Shown: piece by piece, positions 39,543 through 53,455 of the stretch
How positions within the stretch are numbered: position 1 is the first letter of the stretch
How the letters are laid out: the number at the start of each line of letters is the position of its first letter
Assembly (NCBI RefSeq): GCF_006345805.1
Contig: NC_043004.1
Coordinates: forward strand, 73,160,001-73,224,000
Reading direction: 5' to 3'
DNA length: 64,000 bases
Source of the DNA: Octopus sinensis
Lineage: Eukaryota
Translations under genes and position numbers: made by a program
Notes under the pieces: generated by a model
Seen by the model: the letters and a program-made list of their open reading frames with translations, nothing else
Databases searched by the model: none
Told to the model about the DNA's origin: nothing

Positions 39543-39795
39543 GTGAAGGTGCATGGCTCAGTGGTTAGAGTGTCTAACACACAATGAGGTAATGAGTTCG
39601 ATTCCCGGACCGAGTTGCAAGACACTTTATTACACGTTGCTCCTGTTCACTCAGCTGTAGAAATTAGTTGCGACGTCACTGGTGCCAAGCTATATCGGCC
39701 TTTGCCTTTCCCGTAAACAACCTTGCCCGGACTTGTGCCTCGGAGGGCAACTTTCGAGGTGCATTCCCATGGTCAGTCATGACTGAGAGAGACCT
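39543..39795 (+). mobile_element. SINE family D
   Basis: ggctcagtggttagag...gagttcgattccc head; caagacactttatt box. Confidence 0.75.
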
Positions 39796-40711
39796 TTACC
39801 CTTTAATGTAAATGCTATAGTGATTAGATCGTTTCTTCAACTTCTCAAACCGTCGACGCAAAGCGACAAACGCGCCAACTTCAGCTGCTTCGTGCTTCAA
39901 CTTATTAAATAAATTTAACGCCGCTTGCTGAATAATTTCTTGGCACATATTCCACATCCAAATATTTTTTTCCAGGACTTTACTGCGTATGCCTTGTAGT
40001 TTTGAAATGTTACGCTCACTTGAATTTTGCATTGCAAATTTTATTTTGGCAGATTGATTCATTATGGTCTTTTAAAGTTGACAGCACAAGCCTTAAGAAT
40101 TCTGCGGTAACACTTTTCTTTCGTGTTCCTTCTACTTTTTTCATATTCTTTAGTTTGGTATCTAATGAATGCGCTTTATGAGTACTTGACATAATGGGAT
40201 AACAAGAGTACTGAAATTAATTAAAAGAAATTACTGTACTTTAAGAAATCACAAAATAACGACACTAATCTTTTTGTACTCTACAATAATTACGATGTGG
40301 TACGATGCAGAACGTAGATGTAAACAAATATGGCTGACTGGTTACTTTCTTTAAGGGGCGCTAATAAAGAAACTGGATGATCCTTTATATAAAGTTTCAA
40401 ATTTAAGATAGATATCCAGGGATCACAAAGCAATGAGAATGGCGTTTTACCTGGTGATATTTGAGACTTGATATCATGCGTTGCTTCGATAATCAACCGA
40501 TGTTTTGACGTTAAGCGATCAGACGTATTTATCAATGAGTGGTCAGACCTATTGATATTTTAACAGATGATAAACTACGTATTGATTTGAGGCAATTTAC
40601 TATAGAGTTTATTATCCAATATAATCAGTACATGTCTGTCTCTTCCTGTTCGGGACATACATACATACATACATGTATATATATGTATATATAAATATAT
40701 GTGTGCGTGTG

Positions 40712-40785
<74 letters not shown>

Positions 40786-41053
40786 GGGAGTAAATCCAAA
40801 CTTACAGGGAAAAATTCGATTTAGGATTAAATCTAATTTTATAGTATAAATATATTATATTATATTAAATTAGAGATAAAACCACTATTAGGCAAATCAA
40901 ACAGTGAAAATCATAAGCCAATACATAGAAATAAAATTAATTAAAAAAATATAGAATATAAAATATAAAAAATATTAAATTCCAAATTAAAATATGTAAA
41001 TTAAAGTTAAAATTTTAAAAATAATTTAAATAATTTAAACTTATAAATTTTAA

Positions 41054-41093
<40 letters not shown>

Positions 41094-41096
<3 letters not shown>

Positions 41097-41394
41097 GAGG
41101 CGCAATGGCCTAGTGGCTAGGGCAGCGGACTCGCGGTCGTAGGATCGCGGTTTCGATTCGCAGACCGGGCGTTGTGACTGTTTATTGAGCGAAAACACCT
41201 AAAGCTCCACGAGGCTCCGGCAGGGGGTGGTGGCGATCCCTGCTGTACTCTTTCGCCACAACTTTCTCTCACTCTTTCTTCTGTTGGCCTGCTCGCTTAG
41301 CCAGCGGGGTGGCGTCATTTGAAGGCTAAAACAATGCGAAGTGCATTGTGACCAGCGATGTGTAACAACATCTGATGGCCAGGTCGGTCGGTGA
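41094..41394 (+). mobile_element. SINE family C, full length
   Basis: A-box tggcctagtgg, B-box-like gtttcgattc, shared body with 11505 and 52203. Confidence 0.9.
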
Positions 41395-41456
41395 TATATA
41401 TATATATAGTAGTAGTAGTAACAGAAAAGAGGAATTTCGGTTGTCCCCATGTAATG

Positions 41457-41725
41457 TATATAAGAAAAATAAAAACGGAAAATACGCGCACTTACATGGT
41501 TATAGTATAATTTTTAATGTATCGACCGGTTTCGCAATCGCTATTCATGATACATTGTTTAATTTATATGAAAATATTTTTTTCTTAAGAAGAAAATGGG
41601 TCCATGATGTTTATAATGAGATTCACGAGTATCATGAATAGCGATTGCGAAACCGATCGATACATTAAAAATTATACTATAACCATGTAAGTGTGCGTAT
41701 TTTCCGTTTTTATTTTTCTCATATA
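41457..41725. repeat. Inverted repeat (~97-bp arms, 75-bp spacer) with variant hammerheads
   Basis: 41457-41553 vs 41629-41725, about 3 mismatches. Confidence 0.92.
41519..41553 (-). ncRNA. Minimal hammerhead motif with A3-U8 covariant core
   Basis: GTATC-ATGAATA-GC(gatt)GC-GAAA-CCGGT-C-GATAC; palindromic ACCGGT, GUC triplet; plus-strand twin 41629-41663 has ACCGAT. Confidence 0.65.
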
Positions 41726-43054
41726 TATATATATATATATATTTATTATTATTGTTTTATTTTTTTTTTAATTATATAACTATCAAAAAGTATTAAAAGT
41801 TTAATATAAGATAAAGAGTAAAAACACTACGATCGTTTCATGCCCGTAACCAATTCGAATAACAATAATTTAAATTCAATTAATAATTCGAATTATAGTT
41901 AAAGTCAATCTTCAGGTTAATTGTAATATTTTAATAAATAATCAGAAATATCTAAACAATATTTTTCAGAAATAAATAATATAATAATTTTACTTATAAA
42001 AACTCTATTATCAAACTAGAAACTTAACGATTATGATTATATCAAAACATCGATTATAATGTTAAATATTAATTTTAATTTTTAAGTATTAATTTTTAAG
42101 GTAAGAAACCCACCAATAATCTAATATCAGTAATAGTCAATATCTAATTATATAAATATTTTACAAAAAAAACTATTATATTAAAAATATAAAATTTTAA
42201 TAATATATAAATTATCAATGAAAATATATAAATGTATATAAATATTATAATTAAGATCTAAAATAATCTCTATAAATAAATATATATGCACATATAATAA
42301 AGACCTAATAAATTAATTTTTCATATTTAAAGATGAAATAGCTAATTTCAAAAATACAAACAAACAATCTTAAACGAACGCTATAGCAAATTAACTATCT
42401 TTATATCTCGTTGGCTAAATAATAACTTTCAGAAATCTTATATTTAAAATACTTAGAGAAATAATCAATTCGTAGTTATATAGTATCAAATAAATACTAT
42501 AAATATATTTATCAATGGGAATAATAAAACTAGCAAATATCAATTTAAAAAGACAATATATAAGTTAAAATAATAATTATAAGAAATTTAAAACTACAAT
42601 TAATGCTATTAATACATGTATATACATAAACCTAACTTTAAACAACTCGTATACTTGCTATGAAACAACATATCTATCGCTAAGTAAATTCTTACGAATA
42701 AACTTAAAGTTCATATCTAATAATTATAGAGAAAATTACGATAATTAGATCATTACATAAACAACGATATTTACATAAAAAACAATATTATTACACCGTA
42801 AGACTTATAAAATATTAAAATTTAAAGAATTTAAATTATTGTTATTCGAATTGGTTACGGGCATGAAACGATCGTAGTGTTTTTACTCTTTATCTTATAT
42901 TAAACTTTTAACTTTAATTTAAATATTTAATTTGGAATTTAATATTTTTTATATTTTATATTTTATATTTTTTTAATTAATTTTATTTCTATGTATTGGC
43001 TTATGATTTTCACTGTTTGATTTGCCTAATAGTGGTTTTATCTCTAATTTAATA

Positions 43055-43128
<74 letters not shown>

Positions 43129-44246
43129 CGTTATATAATTAGGGCTTAGTAAAATAAATTACTTTGCCACATACTGAAATTTTTAGAAATAGCAGCCAAA
43201 AATGTTTTAGCTATTTCCACTACTTTAAGAAAAAGTCTCCCAGATAATGTTTACTCAAAAATAACTCACGAAGATATGGAGGGAAAACAGTAAAATATCA
43301 CATGTACAAAGATCATTTGAGAACGCTCACGTTTCTGCTCGCAGCCTCATAGTCATATAGGTATCTACAACAGTTAGTGAAAACGAGGTACGAGTAACTA
43401 GATCATGCTCGCTCGCTCGTAGCGACTACGCATGCCCATTGTGCGGAAATCTTCCCTCACACATCTGTGACCTCTTCAGAAACACTTTTCGTCTTCGTGT
43501 GTGCTCTTGTTCCACTTACTCCATTCTGCCCTTCTATGATGTGTATCCTTATGTGCGAATGCGTTTGCGTCCGTGTTTGTGTGTGTGTGTGTATTGTGTG
43601 TGTGTGTATTGTGTGTGTGTGTATTGTGTGTGTGTGTGTGTGTGTATTGTCTGTGTGTGTGCGTGGTGGTGTGATGTGATGTGGTATCGTGTGGTATGAT
43701 GGTGTGTGGTGTGGTGGTGTGTGGCGTGTTGTGGTGGTATTGGGATGTGTGTGGGGGGAAGAGAGGGGAAAGTAAGGGTGGGGTGTGGGTTAGACTGAAT
43801 TTGGGGTAGAGGTGGGGTATGTGGGAGTGGGTGGGGTGGGATATGATGGGTAGAGAAGGTGACAGATAATCTTTAGGATGTTGGGTCCACGATTATGAAG
43901 CCGTGGGATGAGTTCGATTCCATGACACCAAGGAATGGTGTCCTTCTTTTCACGTTGCTTCAGCCCACTCAATTGAAAATAAGGACGAGCGACACTCGGG
44001 GTAATTAACCTTGCTACGGATTGCCGCACCATTCCGTGAGAAGCCGTGTACTCTTAGTCGCTTAAACGCCATGGAAACCGGATAAGTTCTCGCCTAATGG
44101 GGCATACAGCATCACAACAGACTCTCACATTTTTTGATACATACACACATATGCATATATATGTGTATACATATATATATATATATATATATATGCATAA
44201 CATATGTGTATCTATTTGAGTATATATATATATATGTGTGTGTGTG

Positions 44247-44283
<37 letters not shown>

Positions 44284-44619
44284 GATGCAAGGAAAAGAGT
44301 GGAAACATGTTTACAAACAGTCTGAGGCGGTAATAAAGACAAACAGAGAGAAAGCGGTTTCTTGACGTCTCCGTATCTTGGCTGTCATCTGCAGAGTTTT
44401 AAAAGTTTGCTCTCACCAAGCCTGTATCAGCTATCACTGACATAATAAACAATGGGGAGTTCAAAACTGATACTTGCAGCACCCCACTGCGAACATCTGC
44501 ATCACTACACTTGTACAATCTTATACATATAGGTAGTTTATCTAGTTATACAGCTTTATATATTTCTGTTGCTCTCGCTTTCTCGTACGTTCCCTGGTCC
44601 TTTCCTTCTGAAACGCTCT

Positions 44620-44663
<44 letters not shown>

Positions 44664-44720
44664 GTATATATAATATACACAGGAACACACACACATATAT
44701 ATACATACATACATACATAC

Positions 44721-44756
<36 letters not shown>

Positions 44757-45150
44757 AGGAGTGGCTGTGTGGTAAGTAGCTTGCTTACCAACTACATGGT
44801 TCCGGGTTCAGTCCCACTGCGTCGCACCTTGGGCAAGTGTCTTCTACTATAGCCACAGGCCGACCAAAGCCTTATGAGTGGATTTGGTAGACGGAAACTG
44901 AAAGAAGCCCGTCGTATATATGTATATATATGTATGTGTGTGCTTATGTTTGTGTGTCTGTGTTTGTCCACCCAACATCGCTTGACAACAGATACTGGTA
45001 TGTTTACCTCCACGTAACTTAGCGGTTCGGTAAAACAGACTGATAGAATAAGTACTGGGCTTACAAAGAATAAGTCCTGGGGTCGATTTACTCGACTAAA
45101 AGGCCATGCTCCAGCATGGCCACTGAAACAAGTAAAAGAGTAAAAGAGTA
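44757..45150 (+). mobile_element. SINE family A
   Basis: Near-consensus head and tail. Confidence 0.9.
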
Positions 45151-45152
45151 TA

Positions 45153-45700
45153 TGTGAAGTCGCATGGCTTGATGGTCAGGGTGTTGCACTCACGATTGCG
45201 AGATTATAGTTTTGATTTCTAAACCAGGCTTTGTGTTGTGTTCTTGAGCAAAGTACTTCATTACACATTGCTCTGCGATCATTTCGTTATCTGACACGTG
45301 GCACCCATTGCACAAGTACAGGTAATATCGATTTGATGGGGGGGGGGTTGAGCTTATGTGAACGCAAACATTTGATCACGAAGAACCCATCTGTGCGGTT
45401 GTTCGGCTAGAAACTGCCGAACCCTCATACGTTATCTAGCGATGGGAGAGTCCCTGATATATGTATAATTTAATATATATATATATATGGCTGGCAGAAT
45501 CGTTAGCGCGCCGGGCAAATGCTTAGCGGCATTTCGTCTGTCTTTACGTTCCGAAATTTAATTATCGCCGAGATCGACTTTGTCTTTCATCCTTTCAGGG
45601 TCGATAAAATAAGCACTAGCTGAACACCGGGTTCGATGTAATCTACTTACCTTCTTCCCGGAAATTTCTGGCCTTGTGCCAAAATTTGAAACCAATATCC
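45153..45700 (+). mobile_element. Adjacent SINE D (45153-45460) and SINE B (45489-45700) copies
   Basis: Family-diagnostic motifs. Confidence 0.75.
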
Positions 45701-46014
45701 TCAGCATATACACTCGTCCATATCAAGGACAAACTCCATTTCTTTGTTCTAATCCGTCTGGAAACTTAGGAACCGCGAATCAGAAATTATCCTAATGACA
45801 TAGAGCACTCTATAAAGCTAATTCATATTTCAAAGGAACCCCACTCTTCTTTTCTTTGACAGCTTCCATACGCCCGAAAATACAGAGAGACTGATGTAAA
45901 AAGAAATAAGAACCAAATATGTTATCTCTCAGACTAAAACTCAGTCCCGAAATCTTAGTCACCTTATCTACATGAATGACCATGGGAATCATCTAGAAAG
46001 TTACCCTCCGATGC

Positions 46015-46287
46015 ACAAGTCCGAGCAAGGTTGTTGATGGAAGACCAGCATTCACCCATGCATACCAGCCTCCCTTCTCCGCGCCACCAATGTTAGCAAA
46101 GAGAAAAGTAAAGGCTGATACAGCTAGCTACCAGTTGCGTCGCATCTTATTTCTACTGCTGTGTGAACTGGAGCAACGTGAAATAAAGTGTCTTGCTCAA
46201 GAACACAACACAACCTGGTCTGGGAATCGAACTCACTACCTCATGATTGTGAGCCGGACGCTCTAACCACTGAGCCATACGGCTTCT
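46015..46287 (-). mobile_element. SINE family D
   Basis: aaataaagtgtcttgctcaag...gaatcgaactc...ctaaccactgagcca. Confidence 0.8.
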
Positions 46288-46490
46288 CCTCATCTACATA
46301 TACGATAGGAACACAGTGCATTCTGCTGTGTGACCAAATGCACTTTGTCTGCCACCAATCAGAGATAGATAAAACAATTGCTACCAGGTCGGTAAACTAA
46401 GTACTGAAACCAATGTAATCGCCAATACTCTGTACTGCACTGCTACAGTATGACCGTATTCCACTCACGGAAACAAACGAAAACAAAAGC

Positions 46491-46631
46491 TAGGAGTGGC
46501 TGTGTGGGAAGAAGCCTGCTTCCCATCCACATGGTTCCGGGTTCATCCCATTTCATAGCACCATGGGCAAGTGTCTTCTACTACAGACTCGGGCCGACCA
46601 AAGCCTTGTGAGTGGATTTCGTAGACGAAAT

Positions 46632-46676
<45 letters not shown>

Positions 46677-46900
46677 GATGGATGTATTTGTGTGTCTGTG
46701 TTTGTCCCCACCATCGCTTGACAACTGATGTTGGTGTGTTTACGTCCCCGTAACTTACCGATTCGGTAATAAAGTCCTATAAAATAAGTACTAGGCTTAC
46801 AAATAAGTCCTGGGGTCGATTTGTTCGACTAAAGGCAGTGCTCCAGCATGGTCGCAGTCAAATGACTGAAACAAGTAAGAGAATAAAAGAATAAAAGGAT
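46491..46900 (+). mobile_element. SINE family A
   Basis: Head and tail motifs. Confidence 0.88.
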
Positions 46901-47407
46901 AAACAGCACCATAAGGCACATGTGTGTGTGCTGCAGATATTCATGCACAGGTATGCATCCCTGTGCATGTGGATCTGTCTCTGAGAAAACGCAGTGCACT
47001 GGATTGTACCCTGCTGAAAAAAAATTGCATTTTACCGTCTCTAGCCTTTGTCAAACAGCTGCAAACCAACGCAGTGCCTACAGCTGTGCATTGCTTCGGA
47101 CCTCACCTGCAGTAAAATGACAGAATGCTGGCGCCCAAAGAAGCTCGCCATTGCCATCGAGAACGTGCCAACACTTGTTTTGTGGAGGTGGACAGGACTG
47201 GGAAATCTAACAGATGGAACCTATTAAAATAAAGTGTATATAAATACACACATACGTGCATTATAAATATATGTACGTATATATATATATATATATATAT
47301 ATGTACATATATATATAGATGTTTATTATGAATATACAATATGTGAAGGTGCTAGCAGACGAGCATGTATATTTACATGTATTGTGTATGTATATACTTA
47401 TGTAAGC

Positions 47408-48152
<745 letters not shown>

Positions 48153-48852
48153 ATATAATATAACACTATACACATGTATATAGTATATTCATATATATAT
48201 ATGCCTAGTTATATAATTGTAAATATATATAACCTGTCTGTATATACGTGCGTGTGTGTGTGTGTGTGTGTGTGTGTACGTGTGTGTATAAATGTGTTAA
48301 ATAGTCTAATGTACACTGAAAGTATGGAAGTATTAGATGTAGAAGAAGGGAAAATCACAGCATGAAGTATCTCGGCTAAATTCGTTTCTTCAGACGAAGC
48401 AGAGACTTTTTAAGATCATTAGTCATGGAGAGCAACTTAAATATGTGCGAAATACTTAATGATGTTTATATGACTGCATTTGTGGATGTAATTATGGTCT
48501 GTACAGTGAGACGTGGTACAGGTGGATGGACGGGTGGTGGTTGGTTTGGGTATTTTGCAGGTGGGTCGGTTGGTCGGTTGGCCGACTGGCTGGCTGGCTG
48601 GCTGGTTGGTCTGTTGGTTGGTTGGTTGGTTGGTTAGTTGGTTAGTTGGTTAGTTGGTTGGTTGGTTGGTCTTGGGGTTGGGTATGGGTGAATGCTTGGG
48701 TAGATTTATTGATAGACGGTTTGGTGGAATATTGAAAGCTAGCCTGCGGAGAAAGCGTGGGGAGAGAGTGGCCAGGAAATAGAGAGGCAAAACACAGACA
48801 TTGGGCAGATGGACTTGCTTTGCGAATAGTGATATGGTCAGATATGTTGAAA

Positions 48853-48890
<38 letters not shown>

Positions 48891-48946
48891 AAGATAGAGA
48901 GAGAGAGAGAGAGATAGATAGATAGACAGACAGATAGATAGATAGC

Positions 48947-48980
<34 letters not shown>

Positions 48981-48981
48981 T

Positions 48982-49055
<74 letters not shown>

Positions 49056-49065
49056 TAGATAGATA

Positions 49066-49101
<36 letters not shown>

Positions 49102-49458
49102 TAGATAGATAGATAGATAGATAGATAGGTAGGTAGGTAGGTAGGTAGGTAGGTAGGTAGATACCTTTCTAAAGGAGCTGTTGTGGCTGAGCGATTGGTA
49201 TTCTTTGACATCATGTGACCCGCCTTGACCAATATCAGCCTATCTTTAGGTAGGCATCTTGGACTTCCTGTATCTCACCGTTCAGCAACCCAAAGCCTGA
49301 AAAAGGCGGGCTCCTGTTAGGGGCCTGCGAAACTTTAAGTCGCATAGAACCGGATAAACTGTTTTCAATAATATATGTATGTGTGTGTGTATATGTATGT
49401 AGAGAAAGACAGACAAACATACAGGCAGAGAAATCTGTATACACATATATACATACAT

Positions 49459-49489
<31 letters not shown>

Positions 49490-50130
49490 ATGACAAACAG
49501 ACAGACATAACTATACAGACAGAAAAACACACGGTTATATTCTTTTATTCTTTTACTGAGTTCATTCACTGGACTGCATCCATAATGGAACACTATCATT
49601 AATGATTTTAATAAGTTATATAGATCCCTCATGTACCGATCTATATTTATGGAATAATTGGTTTTTACTTTGAGTTGTTTCTTCTTGATAGTTACCTCTC
49701 AATCAAAGGTATATAGTACAAAGAAATTACACCGAGATTCCCCGGTCTACTCAAACACAGACACGCATACACATCATAGATAACAGCTATTCAAAATTTT
49801 ATAATATATGTTTTGCTGAGAAATATTATATCATAAACTATAGGACACGAAGAATGAAATGAAAGGTAGAGTTAATGCCGACCAGCAGACACGCATGTAA
49901 TTTTTGCTCTTTTTTCAAATTAACGGAAAAAACCTGTAATGTCCCATATGGCCTAACAAGCTGCTGTTTTATATACGCGCGCGAAATAATAGCATCTAGC
50001 AATTTATGTTTATAACGCACATGTGCAAACACATGCACATACAAATATACGCATCCAAATTCACGCACACAGATATGAATGTACGGGTTTATATACAAGT
50101 GTGTGTGCATTGTGTGTGAGTATGTGTGTG

Positions 50131-50172
<42 letters not shown>

Positions 50173-50201
50173 GAGACCATGATAAGTGCACTTTTCATAA
50201 C

Positions 50202-50540
50202 CAATGCCTGAAGAATAATCTAATATATAAGTGCTCGCTCAAAACACCTGAGCGTGCCCATTATCACATAGGAGCAGCGTCTTCGAAATTGAAGATCAGA
50301 AAACGCAATCACGTTCCTTCTTTTAATTACAAAAGAAAACTACACTTCCTTGGACGAATTCATCTGGGACATTAAAGAGAGGAATATAAATTATTGTAAG
50401 CATGTTCTTGCAAAAATGACTTGCTGTAATTTGGACTTGGTGGAGGCACTGGAAATTCTTCATTGTAAATCCAACTTTATAACCACAAGGAGTTATTGAT
50501 CTACTTTTCACACTTCAAAACTTTCGCGAAATTTCCACAT
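50202..50540 (+). mobile_element. Penelope-like GIY-YIG endonuclease relic (second PLE lineage)
   Basis: QCLKNNLIYKCSLKTPERAHYHIGAASSKLKIRKRNHVPSF then frameshift TSLDEFIWDIK...CNLDLVEALEIL. Confidence 0.7.
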
Positions 50541-51376
50541 AAAAAGCTTTTGCATCTAATTCAATTCAGTTTCACTGTAGTAAATCTAAAATTTTTTAAA
50601 TAAAATTTTTTTGATTTAACAGAATTTTAGTGGATTTTTCTTGAAAATTTTTCAAATGAAAATGTAATTGCTTTCCAGTACATAAATGACAGATAATAAT
50701 TGAAGTTTAATAAATAAGGTTTGAAAGTTCTCATTTAAAGGATGTTGGCTGGCTGCTACTTTGAGCGTTAGGTAAAAGGTGTGGCGATATTCCAGTCCTC
50801 TGCATTCTAAGTTCAGATGTCTCGGAAAATAGTTTTCACTCTCGTCGGTAGAAAAAGATATCAGTCCCAATACTTCAGGTGTCACACCCTGAATGTTCCT
50901 CTGGTTCATACGTGGGACTGCAAAGATGGTTAACAAATTCATAGTGCGCGTCACTGAGTCATAGTCTACCGATAGATGTTGCTTTTAGTTCACGTTATAT
51001 TATAGATATATATGTATGGGTGTATGTAGCAAGCTTCGTTATAAACATACAAACAAACGTCACTTACAGGCAGATATAACTTGGATAGTATATACATCGT
51101 GAAATCTTTTAAGTGATGATGTAATAGCCAGCAAACAAGCACTCACACGTTCGTCTTACCGTTGACGTAGTAGAACATCGAGTATGTGATAGGGGGAAGA
51201 GTGGTATTAATTACAGTTAGAAAATAAAATGAATCCACGAAAGTATAGCAATGAGTCGAACACCCGGCCACGCGCTTCATTTATGCAATAAGCATATATC
51301 TATATGAATATACTCGCACGTAATATGTATATCTGTATAGCAAATGTTTATATGATAGATTTGTTTATGAATTGCA

Positions 51377-51421
<45 letters not shown>

Positions 51422-51439
51422 CAAATATGATGTATTTGC

Positions 51440-51470
<31 letters not shown>

Positions 51471-52202
51471 CAAACACACACACATATACACACACACAGA
51501 GTATTTAAATGAGCTACTAATAGTTTCATGCTGTATAGATACAATACTTCGGTAGATTTATATATCGTGCCTTTTGTCTGCAAGCATTCCTTCAGATTCA
51601 AATCTTACGAGTAGTAGCAATCGGACTGTGTGAAATAGCATATTGTCAGTGAATGTAAAAGTAATCCTCACCGATCAACCAGCGGAATAGAATCTTACTT
51701 ATTGCTTAATTCTCAATAACATATTCTTTCTTCTGTGTGTGTGTGTGTGTGTGTGTGTGTACTAAAGTACTAAGACAACGTGTTTTGGGATAAGGTATAC
51801 TTAAATTTAAACGTGCATGCTATATAAAAATGCATCATTAGTTTAGCATCACTATGCAAATAGATTCTGATCCTATGGTCAAACCACAGGGAACTTTCTG
51901 AAAATGATCTCTATAGAATGATACCTCCGCGGTACAACACAAACGGTTTCACCCAGTCATTACCGGTTCATCAGGAGTGTCTATTTAGTCTACTCTACAG
52001 CAGAGAGAGATAGTGGAAGAGAGAGAGGGGTAGAGAAAGTGAGAAAGAGAGAGCGGAATCAATAATTAATCATGAACAAAATGATATGAGCTACACGTAT
52101 TAGTTTTATTCATTTGCTTATCAATAGATTCGTTAGCGAAACTCATATGTGTATGCAAAGAAGCATTGTAAATACATTTACATGCGTGCATATAATTAGC
52201 AG

Positions 52203-52500
52203 TAGAGGTGCAATGGCCCAGTGGTTAGGGTAGCGGACTCGCGGTCGGAGGATCGCGGCTTCGATTCCCAAACCGGGCGTTGTGTGTGTTTATTGAGCGA
52301 AAATATCTGCTCCGGCAGGGGGTGGTGGCAACTCCTGTTGTACTCTTTCGCCACAACTTTCTCTCTCTTCCTGTTTCTTGAGTAACGATGCGATGGACTG
52401 GCGTCCCGTCCACCTGGCTGTGGGGGTGGGGGGCACATACGCCACAAAAACCAGGAAACCGGGCCCGTGAGCCTGGCTAGGCTTGAAAAGGGCGACGTTA
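52203..52500 (+). mobile_element. SINE family C
   Basis: Head tggcccagtggttagg...cttcgattccc. Confidence 0.88.
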
Positions 52501-52567
52501 ATCGTTTTTTATCATATATAATTAGCATACATTTAGCTTCGCTGTGGAAAAAACTTTGTCTTTCCAG

Positions 52568-52640
52568 AAGCGTTGAAGGTGTATTTGGAAAGATCATTGT
52601 TGAAGACGGTTTTGGAAACTTCACTCTTCGAATCCCGTGA
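52568..52640 (+). other. Weak candidate coding exon
   Basis: Pyrimidine tract + AG (ctttgtctttccag) followed by open frame SVEGVFGKIIVEDGFGNFTLRIP*; no homolog recognised. Confidence 0.2.
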
Positions 52641-53299
52641 AAGTAAAGCATCCTTGTTAGATTAGGTATATAAAGATTACCGTTTGGTATTAATGCCGCT
52701 TCCATCGCTATTAACTAATTCTTAATTAGCCTGCTGGATATTTGCAACATCATCGTCTGAAAATATGCTGAAATTCTATATATCGAAGCAATGAGATTCT
52801 ACTCGCATGAAGTGACCGGTGCTCTCCACTGACGGGGTCCCGTAAACCGAGATAACATAACATAGGAATTCCGGCACCCGTGGCAGACAAATCCCGTCTG
52901 CTTCGATACGTTTGTACTTTTATGCACCAAATACCCATATGAGAGAACCTCCCCAGGCTAATAACGCACTATTCAGTGTTCTAACAAGGCATCCATGTTA
53001 AGTAAGAAATAAAGATTACCTTTTGATAATTTTTGTATTTCTCTTATTCTGTAATCTGAAATGTCTTGCTCATCATTTATATTTATAATTTTTAAAACGC
53101 TGTTATATCGTATTACAAGTCATATTCTCGAGTTTGTTCTTAGTCATCAGTAAAATATTTTCAGTGTGGGTTAATTAATTTAACAGTAAGATCATTTCGA
53201 GAGTTAGTCTTATGTTTTTTTTAAAGTCTACAGTATCGCTACATTCTGGAGTTTTTATACTAACTTCAAAAGGAAAATTAGAGTGACTTTCTTTTAATG

Positions 53300-53450
53300 G
53301 ACATGTGTAGGCGATGCTCTCTGGTAAAGATGCTTACTTCTTAACCATGTGTTTTTGGTCTCAGTCCCACTGCGTAGAACCTATAGCCCGAACCGACGAA
53401 AAAATTGTGAGTGGATTTCGTACACGGAAACTGAAAGAAGCTCGTAATCT
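53300..53450 (+). mobile_element. SINE family A head fragment
   Basis: tcagtcccactgcg...gtgagtggatttcg...aactgaaagaagc. Confidence 0.7.
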
Positions 53451-53455
53451 ATATA

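Larger units (their letters stand above)
40861..43055. mobile_element. Extremely AT-rich foldback element with ~235-bp inverted arms; left arm interrupted by nested insertions
   Basis: 40861-41012 plus 41793-41877 are the reverse complement of 42827-43055; about 950-bp A-rich core. Confidence 0.75.

Noticed and set aside
39796-40062. 88-aa minus ORF and a CGIC zinc-finger-like snippet in another frame
   Set aside because: No complete motif, in-frame stops, no recognisable homology.
40790-43055. Mitochondrial insertion (NUMT) interpretation of the AT-rich block
   Set aside because: No mitochondrial gene, tRNA or rRNA motif recognised, and long inverted arms favour a mobile element. Not formally excluded without BLAST.
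46920-47120. Metallothionein-like reading of the Cys-rich ORF
   Set aside because: Cys spacing does not follow metallothionein CxC repeats and the start lies in a TG repeat.
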